Source: Vicugna vicugna
Lineage: Eukaryota
Length of the DNA: 64,000 nt
Assembly: GCA_013265495.1 (NCBI GenBank)
Contig: MU058213.1
Coordinates: 124,001 to 188,000, forward strand
Direction of reading: 5' to 3'
The stretch's first letter is position 1. The number at the start of each line of letters is the position of its first letter. Both the position numbers and the translations under genes were made by a program. The notes beneath the pieces are model-generated. The model saw only the letters and a list, made by a program, of their open reading frames with translations, was not told where the DNA came from and ran no database searches. This document shows positions 1 through 13,759 of the stretch, piece after piece.

Positions 1-420
1 CCCTGTCTCCCCAGTGGAAAAGTTCTAGGTCTGGACCCAGGCACTGCTCTATGCACGTGGAGGGGATACAGACAAACCAGCAAGTTCTCCTGCTCTCAAA
101 ACGCTTCCAGACTTTGGGGAGCAGGGGCAAGTAATAAACAAATGCTTACATAAGCAACATAAAAGTTCTGCAAAGACAAAAGGCCAGGTGAGGTTATGGG
201 GTGTGGCTGCTAGGGCTACTTTCAGATGGGGGGTCAAGGAAAGCCTTCCTGACGAAGTAACATTTGAGCTGAGGCCTTAGTGGAGATGTGGGTACAGCAT
301 ACAAGGCATGGCAGACCCATGATGACGGCCGGTGTGACTGGAGCCGAGAGATGGGGAGAGTGGTGGGAGGTGGCCTCTAGAGGGGCAGGGCCACTTCCTG
401 GGTGGGTCCTCCTGACACCC
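1..420 (-). mobile_element. Ancient L2 LINE remnant
   Basis: L2-like phrases (gtcaaggaaagccttcctga...acatttgagctgaggcc); boundaries approximate. Confidence 0.5.
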
Positions 421-1559
421 CCAGGACAATGAGCTCTAAGGCCTCTTCCAACTTCACCGTTTTCAAATCTTAAATCAGAATTTAGGAAGTCCTTTATGCC
501 AAATGTGACTCCATAATTTGACAAGTGAGATTCTGTGACTTTCGATTTTGAATTTCCTTATTTTCATCTAAATTCTTTATTACTATTACCAGAAGAAAAA
601 AAAAGTTTCTGATTTTCTTATGGCCACACTTCTTCATACCATGATACAATCTAACTTAGCCCAAGTTTGTGAAGAGAATATTCCTGAGTGAAGATGAACA
701 CAGTTTACTGATAAATGTCTAAATTGACATTTGCATATAAATGAAGCCAAAAGGTCAGGAAGGGAGAACTCCTTCTTCATCGTTTTTCACAGAAGCTGTG
801 CCAACCCCAGACCAGTGCTGAGTGTAAAAGAGAAAGGTTAATTTTCCCTATTGATGCTTCTGTTGTTTCCAACTACTTCTGCCGTGATTCCTCCAGGCAA
901 CAAATGAAGCATTGTGAAGTCTTTAATGGTCCTCTCAGTGGACAATTACACTTTTTTTTTACGATGATAAATTGTGTAGTGCAGCTGATTACATTCATTT
1001 ATGAAAGTGACTAAAAGCAGTGAATCAAAAGTTCTTCCGTGTGGTTATGTTAAGATAACCATCAGAGCCATAACAGAAGGTGTAGTAGACCTGGAATCAA
1101 GAAACCTGGAGTTGAGCCTGGCTCTGCAGTGAGCAAGCTGTGTGACCTTGAGTGAGTGACATCACCTGGCTACGCCTCTCTGTCCTTATCTGTACAAAAG
1201 GGAGAGTCCCGCTGCCCAGTATACTTCAGCTCGGGGAGCCGTTGGGTCTGGGTGGGGAGGCTGAATTACAGGGACGATGTTCCAAGCACCTGGGATGTTT
1301 CAAGGCACTTGCTTAGCTGGAGGTGGTTTATACTATACGTGTTCATTGTATTATTCATCTTTAAACTGTTGACACACGTTTTATACTTTGGTGGTATGTA
1401 GGATACATTTCAGAATAAATTTCTAAAGCGGTCAATAAGTACCTGCTGATAAACCTGACAAAAAGTGAATACAGTACTCTGGATCTCCTGGCAAACAATA
1501 AACCTAGGTAGAAGACAAAACAATTTTCCCTTCCAATCAAAACATATTCTTTTTGAAAA

Positions 1560-2730
1560 GAGCTGAATTGAGACAGTAATCAGTGGAAATTTTGAATAAA
1601 ACAAAAGGGCATATCATGCTCAGTACAGCTCCTTCCCACCCTGGTTCTCCACTCCCCCCACTTGAGGTTTTTCAGGTTTCTCTCCAGAAATAGTCTAGAA
1701 AGACAGAGAATCTTGAAAGCAGCCAGAGAGAAGCATATAGAAGCATTTTGGTGTCCACTACTTTTTTTATATAAATGAAAGCACGTTACACATGCTGCTC
1801 TGTCCGTGGTAATTTTTTTCATTTATCGTGGAATATCAGCTTTATGGATTTAAATTTAGTCTTTTTCGTGCTATTTCATTTTATGGACACGCTACATTTT
1901 ATCTAACAAGACCTCACTGAAAAATATTTAGGTTGTTTCTAGTTTGTGTTCTTACCCACGTTTCTGTAGCAACCATCTTTGTACTTAATCTTCTCACACA
2001 TGTATGAGTGTTTCTGGAGAATAAATCTCAAAGTGTAACAGATGGAACAAAACATAGATCCATTTAGACTTTAATAAATATTGTAAAATGGCCTCCAAAG
2101 AAACCCTATCTTTCTACCCTTCTATCAACAGACATGAGAGCGCTACTTTCCTGACACCCTGGTGAAATGTGCTGTTATTCTTTTTATTTACAAACTTAAG
2201 AGCTAAAAATATATTTCATCATTTGATTTATTTTTTTTAACAATAAATGAAGATAAGGCACTCTTTTTTTTTTTTCCTCCAAACTTCCTGTTTGAGTCCA
2301 TTGCCCATTTTCCTTTTGGTTTTTTGTTCCTTTGCTTTGTAACAGCTCTGTATATACAAGCCCTTTGCAATTATTTTTTTTGAGTTTGTGTTTCTCCTTT
2401 GTTATTGCCTGTAGTATTTTACCTCTTGCAGAAATTTTTAGTTATTAGAATTTATCACATTCTTTCTGTATACAGTATAGGGTCTTTCTTAGAAATGTAT
2501 TTCCTACTCTAGAGCCATTATAAATATTTTCCCCACAGTTTCCTTCAGTATTTTCACTGGTTTGTTTTTAACTTTTAAATTTTTGGTCAGTGTTGCTTAA
2601 TAAATTTTTTTAGTGTAAGGAGTGAAGTAGGGACCCAGCTTTCTGGTTTTTCCCTGGGTGTCCATCCAGTTGTCTCAACTTCGTTTCTCAGCTAGTAAGT
2701 TTTCTTCCCACAGTTTTGAAATGCCACATT
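1560..2730 (-). mobile_element. Degraded ancient L1 (L1ME-like) 3' remnant
   Basis: T-rich sequence with L1 antisense phrases (atttaggttgtttctagttt, ttgcccattttcc, ccagttgtctcaac). Confidence 0.5.
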
Positions 2731-2839
2731 ATTTGGGTTTAAAAACGGCACTGTCTGTAAACTGAAAGTTCTTGGGTAGATTAGCTAAGTCATTTCTGGC
2801 ATATTCAAGGAGCCATCAAAACAGTAGCATAATAGAATG

Positions 2840-3070
2840 TCCTTATCAGATGCCAGGCCCAGTTATAAGTGTATTTCATATTTTTGCTTGTTTAATCCAC
2901 ATAGCCATGCTATAAGTAAGATTGGTACTGTTAGCTCCATTTACAGACAAGGACACTGCAGCAGAGAAGTTAAGTAATTTCCCCAAGGTCACACTGCTTG
3001 TGCATGGCAAAGCCATGATTTGAACACCAGCAGTTTGACTTTAGGACTCAAGCTTCTATCCACACTCTCT
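2840..3070 (-). mobile_element. MIR SINE remnant
   Basis: MIR core: ccatttacagacaaggacactg...gttaagtaatttccccaaggtcacac...gatttgaacaccagcagtttgact. Confidence 0.7.
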
Positions 3071-3938
3071 ACCTCTTCCACAAAATAGGAAACACTTTTG
3101 TGTGCCCTTCCTTATATGCCAGACATTGTTCTAAGAACTTCACATATAATAACTTACGCTTCACAACAATCCTAAGATGTACATCTTCCAGAGAAGGAGG
3201 AATTTTGCTCTACCTTTAGAGCAGCAAAGAACCAGAAAAGTGTTTGAATCAGGGTTGACCTGATCAGATTTGAGTTTTGTGACGCTCATTAGGAGCAGCG
3301 TGGAGAATGGGTGGGGGAAGGAGTGTAGAGTGGTACGTGGGAACCAGGTGTCCGGCTGGTACCACGATGCAGTGACCATCCACCGCAGGTGTCATCCAGC
3401 GTGAGTAGGCAGTGTCCATGTGGCTTGAGAATCACTGACTAGAGGCAGTTTCCACATGCCAGGCGTGGCGCTGCCTCAGCCCTCAAGGCAGGTACTTAGA
3501 TCATCTACATTTTCAGAGGAAACGAAGGGGTTGAATGGTTTAGGACTTCACTTGTACTCACCCAGCTCGTAAGTGCTTGCTTCTGAGCACTAAGTTCACC
3601 AGCCCTCCTTATTCAGACCCAGAGATTAAGCCCTTCAGACTTGGGGTGCTGGCTTGGATTTGGGCTTGGTGATTCCTTCCCCATCCTCTGCCTTCTCAGA
3701 GTTTGACAGAAATCAAGGAGATTCTGTTGATGATGTTGATAGATGTATTGTTTATATTAAAAGAATAGCTCTTTTAAAGGTTTCTTTTCAGTTTTAGGTT
3801 AACTTTTCCTCAGACTTCTGCATATTCTCCTGAAGTCATTCTGTGAACTTTTACAGTTGCTTTTATAATTGCTGTAAAGGGGAAGTTTCAGGGTCCACTA
3901 CCTCCTGCACTGCTGTTAACCGCCCTCTCTCCCCGCAG

Positions 3939-3990
3939 ATCCGAGTGATGGTGGACCTGTGCAACAGCACCAGGGGTATCTGCCTGACAG
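3939..3990 (+). CDS. GLDN: Gliomedin coding exon 2 (52 bp; IRVMVDLCNSTRGICLT-G)
   Basis: Pyrimidine tract plus ccgcag acceptor and ACAG|gtaagc donor; peptide matches recalled gliomedin sequence N-terminal to the collagen domain. Confidence 0.95.
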
Positions 3991-4019
3991 GTAAGCTGGC
4001 CCCGCGCTGGCTGCGAGCA

Positions 4020-4952
4020 GCTCGCACGGGAAACACGTGTGCTGGCCAAGGGATCAGGGACAAAATAAACACCTAGGAACACTTTAGACTGTAAAAATAC
4101 ACGTTGATTTACTTTTACCAGCTGTTTTTAATGGGCTGAAAATCAATTGTAATGTAATTATGAAAAATAATATTTTCAGCATTGCTATAGAAATAGAGCC
4201 ATAGAATATAACCAGGTCTTGGGTAATTAGAAATATGTGCTCCCTTGAACTGAGGCCATAGATGTTTTCCTTATTCCCATTAGTTTTTTAAAAGGGAAAA
4301 GAAAGGAAGAAGGGAAGGAAGGAAGGCAGGCAGGCAGGCCTTGCTAAGTAGTAGGGATCTCTTACCAGAAGTAATTCTTTCCCTACATCCTGCATATAGC
4401 TTGAATGGGAAGCTCTAGACGCAAACTCCTCATTAGTCAAGAAGACATTTTTTATGAGAAGTGCTCTGTGTGGTGCCTGCTGTGCTGGGTGGGACTGAAG
4501 GCTGGTCACACTCTACCCTACTCCACTCAATGAATCCTGGGCAAATAGAAAGGAAGGAGGGAATTAACCTCGAGGCACCTCAAGCTTTGGGATCTGAAAC
4601 GGTTGATGGGGGGGGGGGGCGTGCCGAGGAAGAGGGGAGTGGTTTTGATGTGGTTACACCAGAGACCTGATTCCCATCTGCAGGGAGGGACGCCTGCCTC
4701 CTGCCTTCAGAAGCTCACAGGGGGAACACGGGTACTGGCCAAAGGGCTAGGAACAGAATAAACACCTATGAACACTTTAGGTTATAAAAATATACATTGG
4801 TTTACTGTTACCAGATGTTTTTAATAGGACTGAAAATCAACTCTAATGTAATTATGAAAAATAATATTTTCAGTATTGTCATAGTAGTATGGCCATGGAA
4901 AGTAACTAGGTCTTAGGTAATTAGAAATGCGTGCTCCCTTGAACGGAGGCCA
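4020..4952 (+). repeat. Diverged direct duplication of ~240 bp (copies 4020-4258 and 4713-4952)
   Basis: Shared blocks such as taatgtaattatgaaaaataatattttcag, ggtaattagaaat and gtgctcccttgaac are colinear in both copies. Confidence 0.9.
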
Positions 4953-6929
4953 ATCACCCAATTCATTGCCCCACCCCTCCACTCCCACCAGGCACTAACC
5001 CAGCCCAACATTGGGCCTGCGGTGCCTGATTCCAGACACTGCATTTCCTGCCTCTTTGGAGGGGGTGTAACATTCCGAGGAAGCAGAGGGAAATTATTTT
5101 TGCATTAAACGTCTATTATGGAGAGGCTCAGATCAAAATGGCAGAGTAGAAAAAGCCTGAGCTCACTTCTTCCCACGGACACACCAAAACTACAACTACC
5201 TGTAGAAAGACTATGTCTAAGAATGGCATGAGGACTAGCAGAGCAGATTTTCTACAACTAAGGATATAAAGAAAAGGACACATTGAGACGGGTAGGAGGG
5301 GCAGAGACACAGCTGAGTCAGAACCTACACCCCCAGTGCAGCAACCCAGAAGCAGGAGGGATGTCACAACTGCAGGGGTCCCCCCTGAGGAGCGAGGGGC
5401 CCGAGCCCCACATCAGGCCCCTCGCCTGGGGCACCTGCACGGGGAAGCTGAGCCCGCGTGACACCTGGCTTTGAAAACCAGTGGAGCTGACATCCAGCTG
5501 AGCTGGAGGGCTGTGGGAAACCAAGACTCAGCTCCTGAAGGGCTTGCACACAAACTCCCTAGCTCTGACTCCCAACACAGAGGCAGAGCTTGAAAAGTGC
5601 TTAGTCATCTGAGAAGGAGACTCATTGACTCATTTTAGGGCATTTGCTAGAGGAGCGGGGATCTGAGGATCTTTCTCTAGGGATGGAAGTGCTGACAGAT
5701 AGCATTTCATCTTCACTCCCCACCTAGCTGGCTCGGCAATGGCAGGCACCATTTCCATCACTCTCCATCAGCCTTACTAACACTGTGTGCCCCACCCTGA
5801 GGACCACTCCATCAGGCCCCTCCAAAGTGGCTCCCACTCCAGGGGGCCAGCCCCACCCACCAACATGCCTGCAGTGGTCATGGCCCAACCACAACAGGAG
5901 GGTGGGCACAGCCTACACGGGATTCCCCTAGGGCATCTGGCTCTGGTGACTGGGAGTGGATTGTAGCACTGAGCCCCACAGGATACCTTCCACTCTTTCA
6001 AGACCAGGAGATGTAGCTGACATACCTAATACATAGAAACAAACACAGAGAGGCAAAATGAAGAGACAAAGGAGTATCTTCCAAGTGGAAAAAAAAAAGA
6101 CAAAACATCAGAAAAGGAACTAAATTAAAGGGAAATAAGCAATTAACAAGATAAAAAGTTCAAAGTATAAAGATGTCCACTGACTCCAGGGAACAATGGA
6201 TTAACTTAGTGAGAACTTCAACAAAGAGAGAAAAAATATAAAAAAGAACTAATCAGAACTGAAGAATACAATAACTGAAATGAAAAATACACTAGAGGGA
6301 ATCAACAGCAGATTAGAGGATGCAGAACAGATCAGTGATCTGGAAGACAGGGTAGTGGAAATCACCTAATCAGAGCAGCAAAAAGAAAAAGGAATTTTTA
6401 AAAAATGAGATAGTTTAAGGGACCTCTGGGTCAAGTGTACTAACATTTGCATTACAGGGGTCCCAGAAGAGTAAGAAGAGAGAGAAAGGGACAGAAAACC
6501 CACATAAAGAAATAATGCCTGGAAACTTCCCTAACTTGGCAAAGGAAACAGACATCCAAGTCCAGGAAGCAGAGAGATGCCCCCAAAAGATAGACCCAAA
6601 GAGGCCCACAACAAGAGACATTATAGTTAAAATGTCAAAAGTTAAAGATAGAGAGAGAATCTTAAAAGCATCAAGAAAAAATTAGTTATGTACAAGGGAA
6701 CCCCCACGAGATTATCAGATGATTTTTTCAGCAGAAACTTTGCAAGCCAGAAGGGAGTTGCACCATATATTGTAAATACTACAAGGAAAAAAATCACAAC
6801 CAAAAATAGTTTACCCAGCAAGGTTATCACTCAGAATTGAAGGAGACATAGAGTTTCCCAGACAAGCAAAAGCTTTTAAAGGAGTTCATTACCACTGGAC
6901 AGGCCTTATAAGAAATGTTAAAGGGTCTT

Positions 6930-7958
6930 TATTATAATTTTTTTATTGAAGTATAGTCAATTTATATTGTTGTATTAATTTCTGGTGTACAGCATAGTGA
7001 TTCAGTTATACACACACACACATATATATTCCTTTTCATATTCTTTTTCATTGTAGGATTTTATAAGACATTGAATATAGATTCCTGTGCTATATAGTAG
7101 GACCTTATTGTTCATCTATTTTATATATAGTATCTACAAATCTCAGACTCCCAATTTATCCCTCCACCCTCCCCTTTCCCCCCTGGTAACCATAAGTTTG
7201 TTTTCGATGTCTGTGAGTCTATCTCTGTTTTGTAAATAAGTTTTGTTTTTAAGATTCCACATATAAGTGATATCATATGGTATTTTTCTTTCCCTTTCTG
7301 GCTTATTTCACTTTGTATGATGATCTCCAGTTCCATCTGTGTTGCTGAAAATGGCATTATTTTATTCTTTTTTATGGCTGAGTAGTATTCCATTGTGTGT
7401 GTGTCTGTGTGTGTGTGTGTGTGTGTGTATCACATCTCTATCCAGTCATTTGTTGATGGACATTTAGATTGCTTCCATTTCTTGGCTATTATAAATAGTG
7501 CTGCTATGAACATTGGGGTTTTTTCCAGATATATGCCCAGAAGTGGGATTGCTGGATAATAAGGTAAGACTGTTTTCAGTTTTTTAAGGAATCTCCATAC
7601 TGTTTTCCATAATGGCTGCACCAAACTACATTCCCACCAACAATGTAGGAGGGTTCCCTTTTCTCCACACCCTCTCCAGCATTTGTCATTTGTGGACTTT
7701 TTAACGATGGGCATTCTGACTGGTGTGAGGTGATATCTCATTGTAGGTTTGATTTGCATTTCTCTGATAATTAGCTCAATGCGCACTTGAAGAGAATGTA
7801 TGTTTTGGTGTTTTGGGATGTAATGTCCTCAAAATATCAATTAAGTCTAACTGTTCTATTGTGTCATTTAGCAACTCCATTGCCTTACTGATTTTCTGTC
7901 TGGAAATCCATCCAATGATGTTAGTAGTGTGTTAAAGTCTCCTACTATTACTGTATTC
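6930..7958 (-). mobile_element. Nested antisense L1 fragment (3' UTR plus ORF2 C-terminus fused to an endonuclease-domain piece)
   Basis: ORF 7430..7786 ([18 protein letters not shown] zinc knuckle); T-rich tail at left; TSD-like aaagggtctt 6920-6929 and aaagggactt 7959-7968. Confidence 0.85.
7395..7428. repeat. (TG)n microsatellite
   Basis: Directly visible interrupted TG run. Confidence 0.9.
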
Positions 7959-9570
7959 AAAGGGACTTCTTCAAATGAAAAAGAAAAGGTCATAACTAGA
8001 AATTAGAAAGTTATGAAAAAAAAATCATTGGTAAAGGCAAACACATAGGAAAGGTAGAGGATCAACCACCTATAAAGATAGTATTAAGGTTAAAAGGAAG
8101 AAGTAGTAAAAAAAAATTATGTCTAATTAAGTGATACACAAATAAAAAGACGTAAAATGTGATGTCAGAAACATAAAATGAAGGGAGGAGACATAAAACT
8201 GTAGTACTTTTAGAATGCACTCAAACTTAAGTGACCTTCAACTTAAAATAGACTGCTATTTACATAAATTGTTATATATGAACCTCTAACTAAGGAGGTA
8301 AAAGATCTATAGCTGGAAAACTACAAGACACTGATGAAAGAAACTGAAGATGACACAAACAGATCGAAAGATACACTGTACTCATGGATTGAAAGAATAA
8401 ATAAAATGACCATACTACCCAAGGCAATCTACAGAGTCAATGTAATCCCTATCAAAATACCAATGGCATTTTTCACAGGACTGAAACAAATAATCCTAAA
8501 ATTTGCATGGAACCACAAATAACCCCAAATAGCAAAACAATCTTAAGAAAGAAGAACAAAGGACTCTGTGATTTGAAACTATATTACAAAGATACAGTAA
8601 TCAAAACTGTAGGGTTCTGGCACAGAAACAGACAACATAGATCCATGGAACAGAATAGAGAGGCTGAAAATAAACTCATGCTTACACAGGCAGTTAATTT
8701 TTGACAGGAGCCAAGAATGGAAGTGGAGAAAAGACAGTCTCTTCAATAAATGATGTTGGAGAAGCTGGAGAGCCACACACACAGGATCCATACAGGACCA
8801 CTTTCTTACACTATATGCAAAAATCAACTCAAGATGGATTAATGACTTAAATATAAAACCTGAATCCATAAAACTCCTAAAAGAAAACATAGGCAGTACA
8901 CTCTTTGACATCAGTCTCAGCAATGTTTTTTTAGCTCTGTCTTCACAGGCAAGGGCAACAAAAGCAAAAATCAACAAATGGGACTACATCAAGCTTTTTA
9001 AAGCTTTTGCACAATGAAGGAAACTGAACAAAAAGGCAACCAAACAAATGGGAGAAGATATTTGCCAATGATATATTTGATAAGGGGTTAATATGCAAAA
9101 TATATAAAGAACTCGGCTCAACTCAAAAAACAAACAATTCAATTAAAAAAATGGGCAGACATACAGGTGACCAACAGACACATGAAAAGATGCTCAACAT
9201 CACTAATTGTCAGGGAAATGCAAATCAAAACCGCAGTGAGATCACCTCACTCCTATCAGAATGGCTGTTATCAAAAAGACAACTAAAAACGTGTCAAAAA
9301 GATAGAGAAAAGGGAAGCCTCATGCATACTGTTGGTGGGAATGTAAATTGGTGCAGCCACTGTGGAAAACAATATGTAGGTTCCTCAAAAAGTTAAAAAT
9401 AGAACTACTATATGGTCCAGAAATTCCACTTCTGGGTATTTATTTGAAAAAAATAAAAAACTAATTAGAAAATAATATATGCACCCCTATGTTCATTGCA
9501 GCATTATTACAACAGCCAAAATATGGAAGCAACCTAAATGCCCATCGATAGATGAATGGATAAAGAAGAT

Positions 9571-9606
9571 ACACACACACACACACACAGACACACACAC
9601 ACACAA
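9571..9606. repeat. (CA)n microsatellite
   Basis: Directly visible interrupted CA run. Confidence 0.9.
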
Positions 9607-12461
9607 TAGAGTATAATGGAGTACTATTCATCCCTTAAAAAGAATGAAATCTTGCCATTTATGACAACATGGACGGACCTAGAGGGTATAATGCTAACTG
9701 AAATAAGTCTGACAGAGAAAGACAAATATTCTATTTCACTTATATGTAGAATCCAAAAAACAAAGCAAATGAACAAACATAACAAAACAAACAGGATTAT
9801 GGATACAGAGACCAAATGGGTGGTTGCCAGAGGGGAGAGGGGTTAGGGGATAAGTGAAATACATGAGGGAGATTAAGGGGTGCAAACTTCCAGTTATAAA
9901 ATACATAAGTCATAGGGATGTAATGTTCAGCACAGGGAATATAGTATTATTGCAGTAACTTTATATGGTGACAGATGGTTACTAGACTTACCATGGTGAC
10001 CAATTTGTAATGTATATAAATGTTGAAGCACTATGTAGTACGCCTGAAACTAATATAATACTGTACGTCAACTCTACTTTAACTAAAAAAAGAAAAAATT
10101 CTATTATGAAGTAAATGCACAGCTCTCACGGACTTTAAAGATAACCACAAGACTTTGAAGCCATCTGAAGCTTTTATTGGGTCTCCTCAGTCTATGACCC
10201 CAGGCTCTGGGGAGGCCCCAGTCACTTCACAGAGCTGCACTGGTGGAGGCTGAGAAACTGCACAGTGCACACGAAGTTACAAGAAACCTCTTCTGGATTA
10301 TTCTCCCCAGTACCCCTCCTTACCTGCCATGCATTAGGAAGTCTGTGTGAGTTGGCTGAGTGACTAAACCTGTGATTTATGTATGTAGTTAATGGGGATG
10401 ATGGACTGGTAAGAAAGATGCTTCCCAGAGGAACCCCAAGTCCAAGTCTGACTTTTGTTCACTTAGTTTAGCCTCAGAGAGAAAAGCTGTAATCCTGTGG
10501 CTTCTTGGAAAATGCTAATTGAATTACTTAAGTCACACTTTGGCCCTCACAGAAAATTAAATATCTTCTGAACAGCTTGGTCCTTTATTCTGAAATCCTT
10601 GTGGCTTAATAAGCACGTTTCTCCCATCTCTGGAAGTCCTTTTTCAGCGTTCCCGTGTGTGACAGTAATGAGCGCTGGAGAAATGCTCAAATGGATGGAA
10701 TTACAGGCACAAAAGCCCTTTTGAGAGGCACAGAAAAAACCTCTTCCTTTTTTATTTTTATAGCGATAGGATGAGAGCAGGGCTGTTCAGTGAATGCGGG
10801 CTGGAGCCATTGAGAGCACTTAGGGAAGATTGGCGGGATCACATCTGTGCTGGAGACGAGTTGAGGAGGTTATTCTTTGGCACCTCAAAATGCTTTTCAA
10901 AAGCCAGCACCTTCTTCTTTCATGCCAGTTTGAAATTGGGCCTCCATTTACACAGAAAGCTCTTCAATTAAAACTTAGATGTGAAAAGTACAAGTTGCAA
11001 AGCGAGGTGGTGCCTTGAAATAGACCAGGCTGCCGGGATTGGGGGCGGGGAGCACAGGACCCAGGTCTGAACTGGGCAACTTTAGTGGGAGGAGCAGAGA
11101 GCCTGGGTCCAGAGCCCCCAGAAAATGCCCTCAGGAAGGGTTTCCAGGGCAGACCCTGGGCTTGAGGTCTGAGAACAAGATCTAGCTTTACACTGGATTC
11201 ATCTTTGAAAAGGCAGGTGTTTGTGACTTGAGGCTAGTCCAGATGTGACCATGAAACCCCATTCTGGTTCCTTTTCCAGGACTCGGGTGTGGTTGTTATG
11301 GGGACAAGGATAGATGCTGTGTCATTTTGTGCAGCCTGTGACATCTCAGGTGAATAGTGGGGGCAGTTCACTTGCTAGAGGAGTTAGGGGGTTTTGCTAG
11401 TGCAGAATTTGTCAAACAACATGGTTTCCTGGATGCGTCTTACCCCTGAGCCCAGATGGCCTTGGGACCCCAGAGGCATCTTGTGGAAGAGCAGGAATCT
11501 TGAAGAAGGCAGCTTCTTTGGTAATTCTTCACTTCTAGTGGCCTCCACATACAGGCTTGTTGGAAAATCTCTAAACCATCATATTGCTGAACTGCTTGTT
11601 GGGACAGAGGTGCTTCCAATCCACAGTGCCCATTCTCCTGGCAGCCAAGTCACTCCAGCCACCTGATAGTACTGCTTATCCTACACCCAGGCAGGCATTA
11701 GTAATGGACCACAGTTACTGCCGAGCATGGCCTCAGGTCTCAGGTCATTCTTTTCTAGTGTTGCAAGAAGTTGTACTAATTGATTAGAACTGGCACTTGA
11801 AATAAAACCTATTTGCCATCCCTACTCTTTCTTAAGGTTGCGTGACCATAATCCAAAGTTGACGTGCACCAAATAAATGAGATTGGACCAAAGCTGCAGC
11901 TAAATGGGGTCATGTAAGGAAAGACAGATACCTTTCCACGTCAGGTGCCCTAGGACTGACAGAATAGCTGGCAGCAGGGGTGGTTGCAGAGGGTGTACCA
12001 GCATACAAAGGGTGGGAACGGAGACCCCAAAGGTACAGCCCGTGCCACCCTTGGTAAACAGATGGACAGGCCATTCTCAGGAGCAGCTCGTGCAGCTGAT
12101 GATGTTTTCACTCGACTGGCCTCACTGAGCAGACTAGCTGGTTGTTTAGGGTTGGTGGATCCAGGCTGTGGGTGTGAGAGCGCGGATCCTCCCAGGTGGC
12201 CCCTTAAGGAGCGCCAGGCATGTCTGCCTCCCAAGGGAAAGGGAGTTCCACACCCACTTTGACCAGAGCTCCTGTCTAGCCCTGAAGCTGTGGCTGGCAT
12301 GAATCCAAGCCCCGGGGAGTCCTTGCTGAGAGTAGGCGCAGAAGGAAATCAGGACTACAGACCTCAGAGGTGCTCCAGGCCTGGCGGTATCAGGTTTATG
12401 AAGTTTCATCTTTTACTAGCTCTTTCTATGGTAGCAGAACCAGACTGGATTTTTTGGCTTC

Positions 12462-12507
12462 TTTTTTTTTTTTTTTTTTTTTTATTTTTTTTTTTTTTTT
12501 TTTTTTT
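12462..12507. repeat. Poly(T) tract of ~46 nt
   Basis: Directly visible, with one A interruption. Confidence 0.9.
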
Positions 12508-13759
12508 CCTCTTCCAGCAAAAACTTAGGAAATGTGTAGCTATTTCCCCTGTGGTCATTATTGGGCTAAGCAGGTAACTTGGGTCAGGCAACACCAGTTC
12601 TGACACCATCCCAGGGTGAGAGAGGGGCTACTAAAAGGAGATTAGAGATAATGCATCTTCTCCTGTGATTTGGAATGGCTGTGGCAGGAGGAGGCCAGGG
12701 TCAGGTTTTCTAGAGGCCTGTAGCGTTAGCCACTGGCCAGTGTCTGCCCTTGAAGTCAGGAAAAGAGATTTACACTTTTTATCATTCCCCGTAACTATGA
12801 TGCTTGTACTTCCTGTCTTGCCCCTCACAGGCTGGGGGGTCTCAGCCACCCTGTGACTCAGGAATGCAGCGCACACACGCAGCCCTAGCCTTCTCTGCAC
12901 TTGTGCCTGGGCCCTGCCAGCGTGGAAGGGATCACAGGGGCAGGCAGGGGGAAAGCCCTCCTGGGGAGGCGGGGGCGCGGTAGGAGGCGGGACCACGTAT
13001 GAACCAGGACTCAGAGCCTCTGGGGCATGCCCCACTGTCCCATTTTATTCTACTTACAAAACACGAATTCAAAGGTAAAACGGCCAAGAACTTCCAGACG
13101 ACCACCACAGAGCATTTGCACCCAAGCAGGAGCCCCTTCTAGCGTGGGCCGTGTAGAAGTGCACTGGTAGCAGGCACAGGAAACAGCCCTGCGCAGTGTT
13201 AACGTGAACGCGGCTGCCTGCGTGTGTTCCCAGAGGGTCTGTGATTCCAGAAGGGGAGAAGGCTCAGGAGCGGAAAAAACGTCCTGAAAGACAGTTTTCT
13301 AAATGGCCAGTTGGCGCACATTATTTGACATTTGACTTCATGATAATGATGCATATTGGGGGCTTCTTCCGGGTGTAAAGACCTTGGGCAGCGCCACTGG
13401 TATCCCGGGCACACTGGGACAGAGGTCCCCCATCACAGTAGCACCCTGCTCATGAGCTCGTTGGAACTGCCATTCTTTCTCTTCTGAAATTCTCTTCACA
13501 GTGAGCTTCAGGGTATGGGACCTGCTGAATTCCCTCCTCTGCCTTCTGATCACTCTTTCTTTCCTGGTGCTTCTTCTGTCACCTGCCTCCCTCCAGCTGG
13601 GGTGTGTCCTCCTCTCTGCATCCCTAAATTTGGCTCAGACATTTCACTCTTACCTCAAGGCTAGTAGCTCCCAAGCTTTCTAGGGTCAGAAACCCCTTAC
13701 AGGACCTGCTTACTGATGCTGAGTGATTCTTTTCCCCGAAAATTTTCCATTTGAGTTGG

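Larger units (their letters stand above)
5121..10099 (+). mobile_element. L1 LINE with 5' UTR, degenerate ORF1, internal deletion of EN/RT, ORF2 C-terminal part and 3' UTR
   Basis: 5' start gatcaaaatggcagagtag; ORF1-like ~6058-6930; ORF2-like peptides ([17 protein letters not shown]); A-rich tail ~10085-10098; tctattatg repeated at 5112-5120 and 10100-10108 (TSD). Confidence 0.85.

Noticed and set aside
12462..12507. Long poly(T) as the tail of a retrocopy
   Set aside because: No convincing TSD or element body adjacent
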